Assembly (NCBI GenBank): GCA_028534125.1
Contig: CM052816.1
Span: 101,308,001 to 101,372,000 of the forward strand
DNA length: 64,000 bases
Direction of reading: 5' to 3'
DNA from: Lama glama
Lineage: Eukaryota
Part shown: one piece after another, positions 12,563 to 25,900 of the stretch
Layout: every line of letters starts with the position of its first letter
Numbering within the stretch: position 1 is the first letter of the stretch
Notes under the pieces: generated by a model
What the model was told of the DNA's origin: nothing
Database searches by the model: none
Seen by the model: the letters and a program-made list of their open reading frames with translations, nothing else
Position numbers and translations under genes: made by a program

Positions 12563-13589
12563 TTGTGTGCCAATAAGTACCGTGTTCTGTAATTATAGAA
12601 AAGTGCGCCTTTGTTGGTGTGTGTGGGTGGTGCGCGTGGGCCACTGGCCTGGACAAGGTCGGAGGGGATTTCCTGGGGTGGGATGTGAGGGAGGGAGGTA
12701 CTCCCATGGGGCAGGTGCAGCTGGGCAGAGGGTGGGGAGGCCCCAGCCAGGCACCCACCGTCTTGCAGCTGGTGCTGGCCAAGCTGCTTGGACGCTCAAG
12801 AGTGGACAGGGCAGTTCTCTGGTCCGGGACAGTAGGATTCCTCCTGAGTGCATTTCTCTGGCCATGATCTTCATGGTGGACCACGTGATTCTCATCTTTC
12901 CAGAGGGTTCTGTGGAGTCAGCAGTGAGGGCCATGGACACGGGTCCAAGTCCAGCCCTGTCCCTTCCCCGATGCTGCAGTCTCCTGACCTGTCCCCGTGT
13001 TTTGGACCCAGGGAGGGGGACGAGCTCAGGCAGTCAGTCTGTATGTGTCCCCCTGTCTGCCCCCTCTGCCATCCAGGCTCCTGAAGGGTGAAGTGACCCT
13101 GCCTCTCCTATTCCTGCATCCTGGCCACTGTGGGATTCCTTCTGTCCTGTGCTGTCATGTCCACTTAGCTGAGCTCAAGCATCGTGCCCAGGGAGGTGCA
13201 TGTTAGACTTGGGAACGTGGTGTCACAGAAATGGGGGCTCTGCAGAGGGGAGCTCCTTGGGTCCCTGAGGGTGAGTTCTCCAAGGGATACACCTGAGGTC
13301 CTCCCTGCATTGGGTGGGGCAGAAGGGGCAGCAGGAAGGGCTGGGAACATGGCACTCTGCTCAAGGTTAAGGGTCATGCTTTGAAAGGTGGGGCTGGGTG
13401 GAAGACCTCGGGGAGAACAGGTGGGCCCCAGGTCGAGGAGAGATGTGGTCAGAGATGTGTGCGCTGGCTGCAAGGAGGTGATTGAGATCAGGGACTAGGT
13501 GGTGGCCAGGGTCCCCAGAAGGAGTTTATCAGAGGCAAGGGGCAGGTTTCCCCCTGAGCCCCGAGTCCCCTGAGGGGTGAATCACACTG

Positions 13590-13680
13590 GGGCTGCCCCT
13601 CCCCCAAGTTTTTGGCTCAGCACTTCTGGGATGGGGCTCAGGAATTTGAATTTTAAACTAGTTCCTGAAGCTGCTGGTGG
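13590..13680. mobile_element. MER5A-like hAT fragment
   Basis: ctgggatggggctcaggaatttgaattttaaactagttcctg resembles the MER5A core. Confidence 0.35.
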
Positions 13681-15151
13681 GTGGGGAGGTTTGGAGGCTG
13701 GCCTGGGGGTGTCTTCTCTGGTGACCCTAGTGCAGAGCAGACAGCGGCTGGCTTAGTCCTCGGTCAGGGTCAGGAGTTTGGAGGTGGGGAAGGGTGAGGT
13801 TGTGCGGACACAGCTCAGCCGGCAGGGAGAAGGGACTGGAGGGTGTGGAGGGGCTGGTTTGAGAACAGAGAGGTGCCCTTCTCACAGTAGCCTGTCAGAG
13901 CCCCTCTGTGTCCCTGGTCAGATCCCCGCATTCTGCGTCCACCCCAGCCTCAGATCCCTGTGAGGTGCCCCAAGAGAAAGAATCCATTGTCCAGGGAGCA
14001 GCGGGGTTTTCTCAGGATGAGCCAGGCTGCCCTGCCGTGACTTTGCCGAGGCTGTGCCTTCAGACCACTGCGGGGGCCTGAACAGGAGGGGGCGGCTCAG
14101 GGTGTGACCTGTGGGTGGGCTCTCTGCCTGGTGCTCCGGGGCAGCACAAAGCCGGTCAGTGGCATTTTGATGACAGTGAGCAATTCCCCGGCTTCCTCCT
14201 GGGATGTCGCTGACGGGGCCACTTGGAGTGCACCTTGGATGGGTCGTTGCTAATGCAGACCAAACGGGCTGAGCGTGAGAGCAGGGTGTCTGCCGCAGTT
14301 TATAGCCGAGGCCTGTTTACTGCCACTGCCGACTGCATCCGAGTGACGGAGCTGATGTGTTTATGACGGACCCAAGTCCACAGAGGCCGTCGCGAGTGCA
14401 GGAGAGATGACCAGAGAGGGGCTGGCGCCACCTGCCCCACGAGCTGGCCCTGTGGGGCCCTCACTGGGGAGGGCTGGCCCACTGCCCAGGGCGGAGGACA
14501 CTCCGTGCAGGGGGACGTGTCCCGGGCCCCACGGCGGGGGCCCGCTGACCCACCACAGCCGCCGCGGGCTCCCGGCACCCCGGCCTGTGTCTGGCATTTC
14601 CTTGACTGACCAGACCCAAGAGGCCAGTCAGCACTGCTCTAACTTCAGCTCCCAGAACCCTGTTTCTCTAGCAAATGCGTTTTGCCAGGTTTCCCCTCAG
14701 AATCACTTGTAGTTTCACCTGGAGAAGGCGTGTGCTCTGCTCCATCTCAGCTGGGTAAGACCTCTTTCTGATTTATCTCGTTTTTAAAACCACCATGCAG
14801 ACTGCCAGTTCTCCTCAGGGTGCACCATGAAAATAATCAAATTTGAGAAGCAAAGGAAAAAAATCTAGTTTTTCAGGTTTCCCTAGGTCTAAATGGCCCG
14901 TGAGGAAGCTCATTCACTCGTGTGTCCCTGGACATGGGTGCAGCAAGACCAGTTCAAGACTAGAAAGGAGTGAAAGGGCACAGACGGTGCCCCTGGCCCC
15001 CAAGCAGTGCCGAGTGCTCATCCCCCTGCCCCTCCCTCGACACTGAAACCCCGGCATGTGCTCTGCGCTGGGCCATGGGACCCTCCCCTGTGAAGGTCGC
15101 TGTAGAGCAAAGGGCTTCCCAAACCTGGCAGCTCAGAGTACCCCGGGCCTT

Positions 15152-15425
15152 CGTGGGAGGCAGAATAACGACCCCCAAAGATGCCCCCGTCCCAATCCTG
15201 GAACCCCAGAGTACGTCACCCAACGTGGCAAAGGGGCATTACGGTGCAGGTGGAATTCGTAACTAATCAGCTGTCCTTAAGAGGGGATGTGAGCCCAGTG
15301 TGAGCACAAGGTCCCTGAAAGTGGAGGAGGGAGGCTGGAGAGGCAGCGAGTCCAAGAGATGCAGCCCGAGAAGACTCACAACCGCTGCTGGCTTTTCCAC
15401 AGAAGAGGCCATGGACCACAGAGTG
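15152..15425 (+). mobile_element. MaLR LTR (MLT1D-like) fragment
   Basis: gtgggaggcagaataacgacccccaaagatg...cccaatcctggaacc...ggcaaagggg matches the recalled MLT1 5' end. Confidence 0.7.
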
Positions 15426-16669
15426 CGGCGTGGGGCAAAGTGCAGGGCCTGCCTTCCCTGCGGGGCTCAGGACTCACTTCGGGGCGCTCTTGCGTTGACT
15501 GCCATTTAATGTGCAGCTCCCCTCAGGCACGCGGTAGCGCACGGGCTCTGTCTGCTCTGGGATCTGGCTGCCTGGGCGCCGCCGCTTAAACCCGCCCTGG
15601 TGCCCTGCAGGCTGCAGTGTTTCAGCACCACGGACAGCGACCGCTGGCCCGAGGCTCGTTAACGGTGCTCGGAGGGACGTGTTCCCAGCAAGACGCCAAG
15701 GACACAGCGGTCGCCACGGAGGCGGAGGCGAGTCTCAGGCAGGCCTGGGTGTCCAGCCCCCGGGCGTCTTAGAACCTGACTGCTGGAGGAGGGGCAGAGG
15801 GGAGGAAGGATGGAGGAATAGAGGAGGGAGGGAGGAGGAGCAGGCGGGGGCACTTGGAGGTACTCCGAGGGCCCAGAACAGGCCGGGTCGTGGCTGAGGG
15901 CTGCTCAGAGGGCTCAGCACAGGGAAGGGCCGGCCGACCGTGAGGGGAGATGTCCTTCCTCTGTAGACAGTGGAATCCTGCGTGATAATCGGCCCTTTTG
16001 TTCACTCCTAACACACACTGACCCTGAGGAATTCTCGGAAAAACAAAATGCCGTGTTTCTGAGCTAAACCTGGGAAGAGCCGGCCACCCCCCACCCCCTG
16101 GCTTTCTGGGCCGTGATGCCCTGGCCAGTTGAGAGCGGGGCGTCTGTGCCTCTGTGGCGATTCTCTGAGTACAGGTCACCCAAGCCTCGGTCCCAGACAG
16201 ACCCCCTCTCCTGTGAGCTTCCCCATCGCGTGGGCAGTCATGGCATGCCCTCCTCAGGACCCCAGGGCTCTGGGTAGAGCAAGGGGCTTCTAGGGGGCCA
16301 AGCCTCCCTTCACAGCTCAGGGGAGAGAACGCTGTCTGCTTTTCCTCAGGGACTGGCCCTGCTGGTTCCCAGACTCACAGGCCCTCAGTGGAGGAGCGTG
16401 TCTGGGCTTTCCCAGTGGCCCCGTCTCCACCCTGACTGTTGGGACCCCAGCTGTTTTGCCTGTGGACTCGCCGGGTAAGTGCAGGGCCACCCAGATGCCC
16501 CAGGCAGGACCCCAGACTGCAGGGCCCAGGAGCCGCACAGCGGGCTGTCTCTGGTTGGAGAAGGGCGTGGACTGTGATGTCAGAGCTGGTCTGTGCCCTG
16601 AGGTGGTCTGGAGGCTGAGGTGGTGTCGGAAGCAAAGACCATGGGTCTCGGAGTCGCTGGGGGTAAGTG

Positions 16670-16675
16670 TGTATT
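16670..16675 (-). terminator. SLC6A18: Possible variant poly(A) signal of SLC6A18 (AATACA)
   Basis: AATACA on the minus strand 60 nt after the stop; I saw no canonical AATAAA nearby. Confidence 0.3.
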
Positions 16676-16734
16676 GGGGTTGGGCTGCGAGGCCCGCAGG
16701 CTGGACCCCCGCCCCCGCCGCCCCAGCCCCGCCC

Positions 16735-16926
16735 TCAGCAGACCCCGCCATCCTGCAGCTTTGGGCCCACGTCCTGCTGCACATCTTGTTGCTTCCGTCG
16801 GCGCCGGGCGAGCAGCTGGACCAGGGCGACCGCCGGGACACTCAGTGCAGGCAGGAAGGACAGGAGCACGCAGATGGCCTGCACCCAGCCCGGGTAGGGC
16901 TTCTCCTGCCGCGAGGGAAACTGCTC
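16735..16926 (-). CDS. SLC6A18: SLC6A18 exon 12 coding part
   Basis: 192 nt; [22 protein letters not shown]...[18 protein letters not shown]. Confidence 0.93.
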   Translation of the reverse strand, partial: EQFPSRQEKPYPGWVQAICVLLSFLPALSVPAVALVQLLARRRRKQQDVQQDVGPKLQDGGVC

Positions 16927-19900
16927 CTACAGGGACACAGGCCGAGAGGTGGGCGCCCCCCACCCCAGACGTGGTGAGGCTGACCCCCCGCCACAGGAAC
17001 TGTGTGGGGGCAGCTTCATCCCGGCTCTTCCCGAAATGAAGCACCCAGCGTGGGTGGGTGCGAAAGGCACACAGCCAGGGACCACTCCGTGGGCTCAGGC
17101 AGCCGATGTTTTGGGACTCAGGGCCGAGCCTCTCATGGCGACTGGGCACTGAGAAACAGGCCTGGAATCTGGGGCATCTTGTTCTGGAGAGAGCCGCCCA
17201 CACTGGGGGTCTCAGGGCTGCCTTGTCCTGACCTGCTAGGCATTGTCGGACCCCGTGCTCCCTCTGTAAGGGGGCAACACCACCCACCCAAGCTCAGGCG
17301 AGGTTCTGAGCCGCAAGAGGGGCAGCAGGTCGGCCAGGCCCACGCGGCTCCCAGTGCAGCCTGGGGCCAAGATTTGGAGCCAGAGTCCGCCGGCCAGCTG
17401 CGTGGCTGGTTTCTTGTCTGGGACCAGGCTGGGCATCCCCACTGCACGTGTGAAATTTGGCTGGAAGCCACTTCCCTGTGGGAGGGGCTACAGGGACCCG
17501 TGAGGTTGCCAGAGTCTGGAAGCGGCTCCTGTCCTCCCACCACTTGCCCAAGGTCACTGGGGCTGCAGGAATCAAACTGTCACCCCCGAGGGCGTCTGGG
17601 GTCAAGGGTCTCAGAGCAGAAGCAGCCCCCATAGTCCTTAGGGCGTGAATGCCCACCGAGGGGTCCTCTGGGTCCTGGCTGGCACCAGGACAGGGCCAGC
17701 CGGGTCTGAGGCGGTCCCCGGGCTCCCGCTCCCTGCCCAAAGGACCTACGTATTGGGGGTTCCAGGCCTTGTAGCTCGGCGGCGTGCTGGCCAGGAGGGA
17801 AATGTAGGCCACGAAGATGGTCAGCAGCAGCAGGGGGCTGACAACCTTCCAGGTCACCTGCCAGTAGAGGCCAGGCCGCCTCCCAGTCATCCACGCGATA
17901 TCATCACAGAACCTGCCACGGAGACACTGGGCTCGGCTCCACCCGCCCAGCCAGCGGCCTCCGTGACCCCAAGACTTGGCCCATGGGGGCCGCCCCACCT
18001 CCACTCTGACCTTTGCCCCATGTCTTCCTGAGTGTCCCCAGACGAGGCAGCCTTCTGGGGTCCTAATGAGGACCCAGCCTCCAGGTAGATGGGTGAGAAA
18101 GGCCAGTGGGCGAGGGTCAGCCCAGTTGAGGGAGAGGGAGGACTTCCACCCTGGGGGTGACTCCAGCTCTGGTGGAGCAGTGGCACGCCCCAGGGGAAGG
18201 TGGTGCCTGACCCAGGCCCCGGGGGTGGGGACAGAGGCTCAGGATATGCAACACCTCTGCAGACGCGGAGAAGGTGCCCCGCCTCATGGCCCCTCCCCTG
18301 CCTGCACAGCCCCCCAGCTCTGCTCCTCCCAGCTCCGGAGTGTCTTCTTCTGAGGCCCCATGGCCAGTTGAGTCCACGGGCTCACTGTTCCTCCTCATCG
18401 CCGCTGGACCCTGCCTCTCATGCCTGCCTCTCGAGGTGGGCAGTGTCCCGCAGGGACAAGCCCACTGTCCCCGTGCCCAGATTGCTGCAGTGGAGGCCAT
18501 GGCATCAGGGTCTCTCAGGACCTCTTAGAACACGGGACAGAGGTCACAACCTCTAGGCTCGTTGGGCAGGGCTACTGCCAGGGTGGCAGGTGTGAGTGCA
18601 GGTATGAGTCTCGATGTGAGTGAAGGTGTGAGTGTCAGGTGTGCGGCAGGCCCGGGCCAGGTGTGGGTGGGCAGGACCGGTGTGTGACCTCCAGGAGGGC
18701 AGGGCTTGGAACCCTGGCCGGGCCTCCTGGTGCCCTAGTGCCCACCTGCACTTGGACGTCAGGAGTCCACCATGTGGCTGGAGACTGACGTTTGTCGCTG
18801 GCCTCCCCGCAGCCAGGCAGGGCGGGGTCCCGTGTCATCCTGCAGCTGCCCGCGACTCCTGCACCGTGCACTTCCGGATGCTCGGAGCAGAAAGGCGGGA
18901 CCCCAGGGACTCACCGTTTCATCCCGTAGACATAAATGACCCCGACCACTTCGAAGAAGGCAAAGAGGATCAGGTTCAAGGAAGCGGCATAGTGGTCGAA
19001 AATCTCGAGCCAGTAGCTTCCAGACTGCAGCGTGAAGCAGGTGGCCGAGACGAAGCAGACCAGGCAGGCCAGCCCTGGACACGACCCCACATCTCAGGCG
19101 GTCGCCCTGGCGCTGCCCTCCCAGCTCTTCCCACTGCCTGTCATGTCCGCTCCTCCTGGCCACGTGCCCCTGCGCCCTGGGAGCCAGGGGACAAGCTCAG
19201 ATGGCCGTGTCCTCAGTGGGCAGTGCAGGACAGGGTCCCTGGCCCCTGACTCCCTGACCCTCGGCTCCCCTGTGACAACCCTCGGGACGTGGCGTCAGAG
19301 CTGCAGGGTGCGGCCTCCATGGGGACAGGGCTCAGAAGCCCACCTGGAGGAGGGGCGTCTGGAGAGTGACAGGCCCCGCAGGGAGGTGGCTGTCCACTCA
19401 CCGGTCAGGAGCTCCTTGGGGACCCCTCTGGGCATGACCCCCAAGTCCAGGAGCGGTGTGATGACACTTTCCATGTTCCCAAACATGGACGACAGGCCCA
19501 GGGTGAACAGCATCCCGAAGAAGAGCACGGCCCAGCCGGGCGCCCCGGGCATGTGGAGGACAGCCTCGGCGAAGACGATGAAGGCCAGGCCCGTGCCTGC
19601 GGCGCTCTGCAGGGTGGCGCAGGGAGGGGGTGGCACACGCCCGCACCGGGCCTTGCGCACAGGCATGCCCCGCCCCGGGACACGCATACCAGCACCTGCC
19701 CCTGGCACCAGGCTGGGGTGGTGGCCCTGCCCTGTGCGAGCCGTGTCGTAACAAACTTCAGGAGCACCTCTGCAGCTGGGGGAGCCTGTTCCCCCGCATA
19801 ACCAGCAGCCAGCAGGGGACGTGGGGCCTGGGGGCCTGGGCTCAGGTGCCGGTCAGATGGCTGCCCACCCAGCCTGCTGTCCCCGGTCCTCGGCATCAGC

Positions 19901-22900
19901 TGGCCCTGCATGAGGCCCCTCCAGCCACGGCCTGGCTCTGTGACCTCGCTCTGGCCCCTCTCCCTGGTCTGTGCACCAGCAACGCCTGCTTTCCTGGGTC
20001 AGCCTGGACCCCACCCCCTGCTGGGCAGGGCCCTTCAGACATGGTGTGTTTAGGCCACAGGGTTTTCTAGAAGCTTGGAGAAGCAGAGGCAGAGAGTCAG
20101 CCTAAAGTCCTGCACTCCTGACCCCGGGGGACCATGTGCAGCAAGTCCTCGGCCCAGTGCGGCCTGGTGCCCTCGACCCGGCCCCTCGAGTACCTTTTCC
20201 AGAAAGTCCTCCAAACGGCAGGCGTCCAGGTGGAGCCCAGCCGCCCACTCAGGCCGGGAGGTGTTCAGGCGGGCGAGGACAGCCGCGTAGTCGTCCCTGG
20301 AGATGCTCTGGTCGGGGAGATCGAAGGCGTTGATGAGACGGAGGATGTTTCTGCAGGGCGGGGAGGCCTGGTGAGTGGACACCTGTGGGGCCGGCAGCGG
20401 GGAGCTGCCCGTTGGCCTCGTGCACTCGCAGGGAGAGAAGGCTGGTCCAGCCCCAGAGGGGCCCCAGGCTGGAGGGGACACTCCCTGAGGGTACGCACTG
20501 GGCTGTGCCGCTTCCTGCCTCCCTGAATTTGGGCCCCCGGCCAGCACTGGAGAGCCCCCCTAGGCCAGGTTGTGGGCGGTGGCCCCAGGTCTGCACGCCT
20601 GCACTGTCTTGGACCTCACGGCTCAAACACCATGGGGGCTTCCCTGTTTGCCGATTCGCCTGCCTGCTAGATGTGTCTGTAACCTCGACTCCAGTCCCCG
20701 CGGCATCTGAGGGCACTTGCGGACTTGTCCATCGCGCACGTCCCCTCCGGGCCCCGGGACGCTCCGCCTTGTCTCAGCTGGAGCCGCAGACGAGCGCCTC
20801 ATGGTTGGAGCTGCGGTTCTCAAATTCCTGTGCTTTTTGTTGGTTTTGCTGTTTAATTTCTGTCCAGTGTTCTAAATGCAGCAAGAAGGCGGTGATGCCA
20901 CCCACAGAAAACTCCCGAGGGGCTTTGTTCAGGCCAGGGGTACGTGCTGTAGGGGGAGCCTGGCCTCAGCGGATGAACAGACTTGTTCGCTGGGCGTCTC
21001 CGTGGAGGTAGCTGGGGGCCTGCTCCCCCGCAGGGGTTGCACTGTGCACCGGGCGTGGCCTCTGCAGCCTCTCTGGAACACTGTGAGAGGTGCGTGCCTC
21101 AGCAGCTCAGCCGAGCGCGGTTAGAACGGGTATCTCGGCTCTCTGTGACACGGTGATCACTCCGTGGGGCCGTCCCGGGCACTGTGGACGTCAACAGCAC
21201 CCCGGGGGACACTCTTATGCACTGTGATGGGTTCTACCCAGGAAAACACATCTGGTAGGCCAGGCCGGGCCGTCGAACGCACAGCTCCAAGCGTGGGGTC
21301 CTCCTAATGCCTCGGCTCCCGGGGCTGTTGTGACAAATGCCCCCGGACGGGGGGCCTTGAAACAACAGGAGTTCCTCCTTCCACAGCCCCGCGGCTGGAA
21401 GTCCGAGACCCAGGTGTCCAGGGCTGCGCTCCTGCCAGAGGCTCCAGGGGAGGGTCGTTCCTGCCTCTTCCAGCCTCCGGGGCCCCAGGCGTCCGTGAGC
21501 TGTGGCTTCGACCCTCCAGCCTCTGCTTTGTCTCACGTGGCTTCTCATCCTGCCTGTGTCCCTTTCTGTCCGATCAGGACACCAGTCATTGGACAGGGGG
21601 CTCACCCTGCCCAGACCGACCTCATCTGCCAGAGACCTGTTTCCATTCCAGGTTCTGGACAGACCCTCCACCCGCTCCCCTGGGGAAGGTCGTCTGTGGG
21701 CCCCCAGTGCAGCAGGCCCCGTGGTGGGGCCGTGATCGGGGGACACCTGGCCCCAGACCCGGAGGGCACCGTGCTCACCCGTCCAGGCAGCGCCCGTGGT
21801 CGTTGGCAGCCTTGAACCCCAGGACGGAGAAGACAGCAATGGACGCGTACAAGGAGGTCATGCTGTTGACCAGGGCGATGGCCACCGCGTCCCTCTCACA
21901 GTTGTTCCTGGGGGACATGCACGTGTGTGGCCCTGTGTGCCCAGAGACCCCACCTCCAAACCTCGAGACGACTCCGGGATCACACCTCCACACCCTGGAC
22001 GCCCCCACTCTTCTCTACACCGGGGCCTGCCTGTGCTCCACCCGGAACTCGGACGTCTCAGTCCCCGCCCTGCCAACCCCTCCCCGGGGACCCCAGCTCG
22101 GGGTGCTGCTGGTGTAACACACTCAGCCCCCCATCTCCCAGGGCCTCGGGGAGCTGAGGGCGAGGGTGGGGCAGCTGTGGGTCTCACTGGGATTGTCTCC
22201 AAACGAGAAACACACACAAGCTGCCATTCAAGGGAGTCCAAGCAGAAACGCACTGAAGCCCCCGGGGGCCCGACCCCCACGCCTGAGGCCCCTGCCACCA
22301 GCTGCACCCCCGCCTGCCCTACCACCCTCAGACAACCCCGGGGAAGTGGTTTAAGGGCATGCCTGCCAGCACCCTGGGGTTCGTGACGCGGTCACGCTTG
22401 GGTCCTCGGCCTGTTGGTCTCATAGAGCAAGTCTGCAGCTCCCGCAGGAGAGGCGGCGGCCTGGCGTCTACGTGACCAGGAGGCTGACGCAGCCGTGGTG
22501 CTGCTCCTGTGGCCACGAGCATCACGCACCGGCCGGAGCACAGGGAAGGCCTCACTCCTGGGCTTGACCCCCCGGGCTGTCCTCCTGCAGCTGGCTCGGA
22601 CCGAGCTGGAAGCGGCCCCGCCTCCCGGCCCTTGGGGAAGACTCAGGAATCGCCTGTTATCAGAAGCTCACCTCTGGCCGCCTCCACCGGGCAGGACTTC
22701 CCGACAGAGAAGGGCTTTGTGTGTCTGAGCATGATCCCCGCCCAGCCCGGCCCTACCTTGGCGGGTTGTAACTTGCAAAAGCGATGTGTCCTCCGAAGGC
22801 CAGGGACAGAGAGAAGAATATCTGGGTGGCGGCGTCCAGCCACACACGGGGGTTCCGGAGGACCTGCATCTGGAGTGAGATGGGAAGGCCCGTGGCCAGC

Positions 22901-25900
22901 AGACAAGCCGCCCTGGCCCGGTCCCTCCCGTTCCAGAACGTTCCCAAAGTTCTGAGTCACGCACTCAGGCCCCAGGAACAGTCCAGGACCACACGTGGAG
23001 CAGACACAGCCACCCCAGCCACCTGTTGGTGACGTGTGATGACCCCTGGTCCCGTCCACTCAAGGCCCTGAGAGCCTGGGGGCAGACCTCCCGGGGTGGG
23101 AGACGGGTCTCAGTGGCTGGGGCTTAACTGTGTTTGCTCTGTTCCTCTCAGACCTGGGGTTTCCAGGACCTGAGAGCCGGGTGGGCCCCGAGCCGAGAGT
23201 GCCTGGCGCTGCTGCTGGCTCAGGCAGACCTGCGCTGGCTGCCACACCTGGCCCCTTCCCTTCCCCTGGGGGCTCTGCCTGCAGGGCTGGCTGGGCAGCC
23301 CCTGGGGTCCCGCAGACTGTGGACCGGTCCCGAAAGGGTACCGGCTCTAGTGGGCAGGCCCCTTGGCCCTGTGGCTCCCCACCTGGCGGGTCATGCTGCT
23401 GGACGAGGCCCTCAGAGATGTAGGGTCCAGGTTGCTAGGGGTGGGACATCTGGGTCCCCAGCTGGCCTCTCCCCTGAACCCCCTCTTTTACAGTGGTCCC
23501 CAGTCTAGACCGAGTCCTCCTCCTGCTCCCTCCCCTCCGAACCCGACCCCTGAGACCCCAGCCACCTTCCCTGTGGCCACGTCTCTGCTCCCACAGCCAG
23601 GGGTTGGGACGAACTGGGCGGGGCAGTGGCCCCACCGCATGTGCTCCCTGAGCCGGCCCGGGGGGATGTGGAGTCAAGACTCACGTCCGGAGTGAACAGG
23701 TAGACCAGCCCTTCGGTGGCCCCGGGCAGGGTGAGTCCCCTGATGAGAAAGATCGTCAGGACCAGGTACGGGAACAAGGCTGTGAAGTAAACTGCCTAAA
23801 AGAAGGGCAACTGTGAGGCTTTCCTGTGTGCCTGCTCCGCGTGAAACCTCGAGAGAGTCGGGCGGGACCCACTGTGACGTCGTTCCCGTGGGACTGGGGC
23901 CAAGACAGCGGGCTCTGTGCAAGCTCGGAGGGTTTGGGGCTCCCTGAGGTGCTCAGGCGCAGCGATGCCCAGTGGGGTCCGCTGAGCTGGGCGGTGGGCT
24001 CCCCAGGGCGGGCGGCTTCCCCTGGTCCAAGGTCAGGCTCTCGCAGCACCAATGCCTTTTCCTGCCGCCCCCAGGCCCCCAGCTGGCCGCTCCGCAGGGG
24101 CCATGGGCCGCTCGCCTGCCTGCCCCTCCCCTGCGGCAGGACCCGGCCCAGCTCTGTCAGGGTTGGGGAGGGGTCTGCGCACACGGTGTCTGCAAAAATG
24201 GGGGCTCTCCCCTCGCTGCCCCAGGCCCCAAAGGCAGACGGACGCGATGCCCCTCCGGGGACTCTCGTCGCAGCAGCGTTTGGGGTTTCTGGCCGGCTTG
24301 CTGCGGCTGCTTCAGAAACTGCCACCCTCGCAATCAAGCGTGGAGCCCTCATGTGAGAGTGACGCCGCCCCCACGGTAACCGAGCAGAAGCACAGGGGCA
24401 CTCGGACCCACAAACCTCCACGACCCCAGATCGGGGGCCTGGCCTGGAAACGCATGGAACTTCGTCCCAGTCACTTAAAGGACTGACACACAAGACACTG
24501 GACGTATCCAAGCCCAGAGAGAGAGGGTGGGGAGCCCCGAGAAGCCTGCTGGGAGCTGCACGCGCAGACTCCTCTGGTGCCTTCTGCTGGAAGCCACGTA
24601 ACTGGCAATGTGTTCTTTCTTATCATCCAAGTCTCTTTAAAAGATAATCAACTGCTTAAAACAAAAATGCTAAGAAAGCACTTGCTGTTTGTCACACGTG
24701 AGCAAAATGCACGTCAACAGCACGGACACCGGGTGGGGGTGGGGCTGTGATGCCGAGAGCGGCCTCTGCGTGGTGAGTGGCGCAGCCTCACGGGGGGACG
24801 ACCGTGATGCTCTGCCCCCAACTCAGCCACCCGGGTAACAGAGTCCCAGCTAGCAAGCAAAGGACACAGCGTGGGGTCAAAAGAGTGCTCAGGAAAAGAG
24901 CGGGACAGGAGCGGAGAACAGAGGGGACAGGCAGAAGTCAAGCCCGTGACGGCAGGCTAACCCCACCCTGACTGGTCAGCACATTGCACGTAAATGGTCT
25001 AAACACCCCCGGCAAAAGGCGAGGACGGTCACACGGAGCGAAGACGCAAGACGCAACCACACACTGTCCACAAAACCGCAGTAACCACAGAGATCCAAGA
25101 AACTTCACAGAAACGCAGTGGGAAAAGCTGCACCAGGTTGACCTAGTCAGAGGAGGCTGGCACAGCAGCTTCAACGCCCTGTGGGCTCTTGAGCCGACTG
25201 TCACCAGGACGCGGAGGCTCACCTCCCAGGGACAACGGCATCAGTTCTCAAGGAGACCCGGCAGCCCCGAAGTCCACGCCCCTCCTGGCTGAGCCTCTAA
25301 ATTCCTGAGGCCAACGAGGACCCAAACGGAGAGGCGTCCCCTGGAGCTGGAGGGACCTGCGGTGCGGGGTCTGCCCGGCAGGCTCTCACCTTCCCGGTGG
25401 TCTCGATGCCTCTGATGACACACAGGTACAGGACTGCCCAGGAGGCCGCCAAGCAGACCAGCAGCTGCCACTGGACGGAGCCGCTGTCACTGATGTCGGC
25501 CGTGATGTTCAGCGTCTGCCGGTACCAGAAGTAGCTCACGGCGCTGCTGTCCCGGCACTCCTCCACCAACCCTGGGACAGGGGGGCCGTCACGAGCTGGC
25601 CACAGGCCACAGACGGCCTGTCCTGGGCACCCGGACAGGCCCCACAGCACCCGAGTGAGCGGCAGGGAGGCTGGCCACCCTGGTGATGCCCTCCGTGCCT
25701 TCGCTGCCCCGAGCACCCAGCTCTGGCCTGCAGGGCTGGCATGGGGATGGGGCCCACCGCCCAGGCCCCCAGGGCTGGCCTCCTCCAGCACGTGCCAACC
25801 AAGCTTGTGTCAGCCAGACACAGGGAGGGAAAGAGGTCAAGCTGGCTTCAGGGGCAAACTTGAAAACCTGGACTGTGTCCCACGTCTGGGAGGTCCCCCC

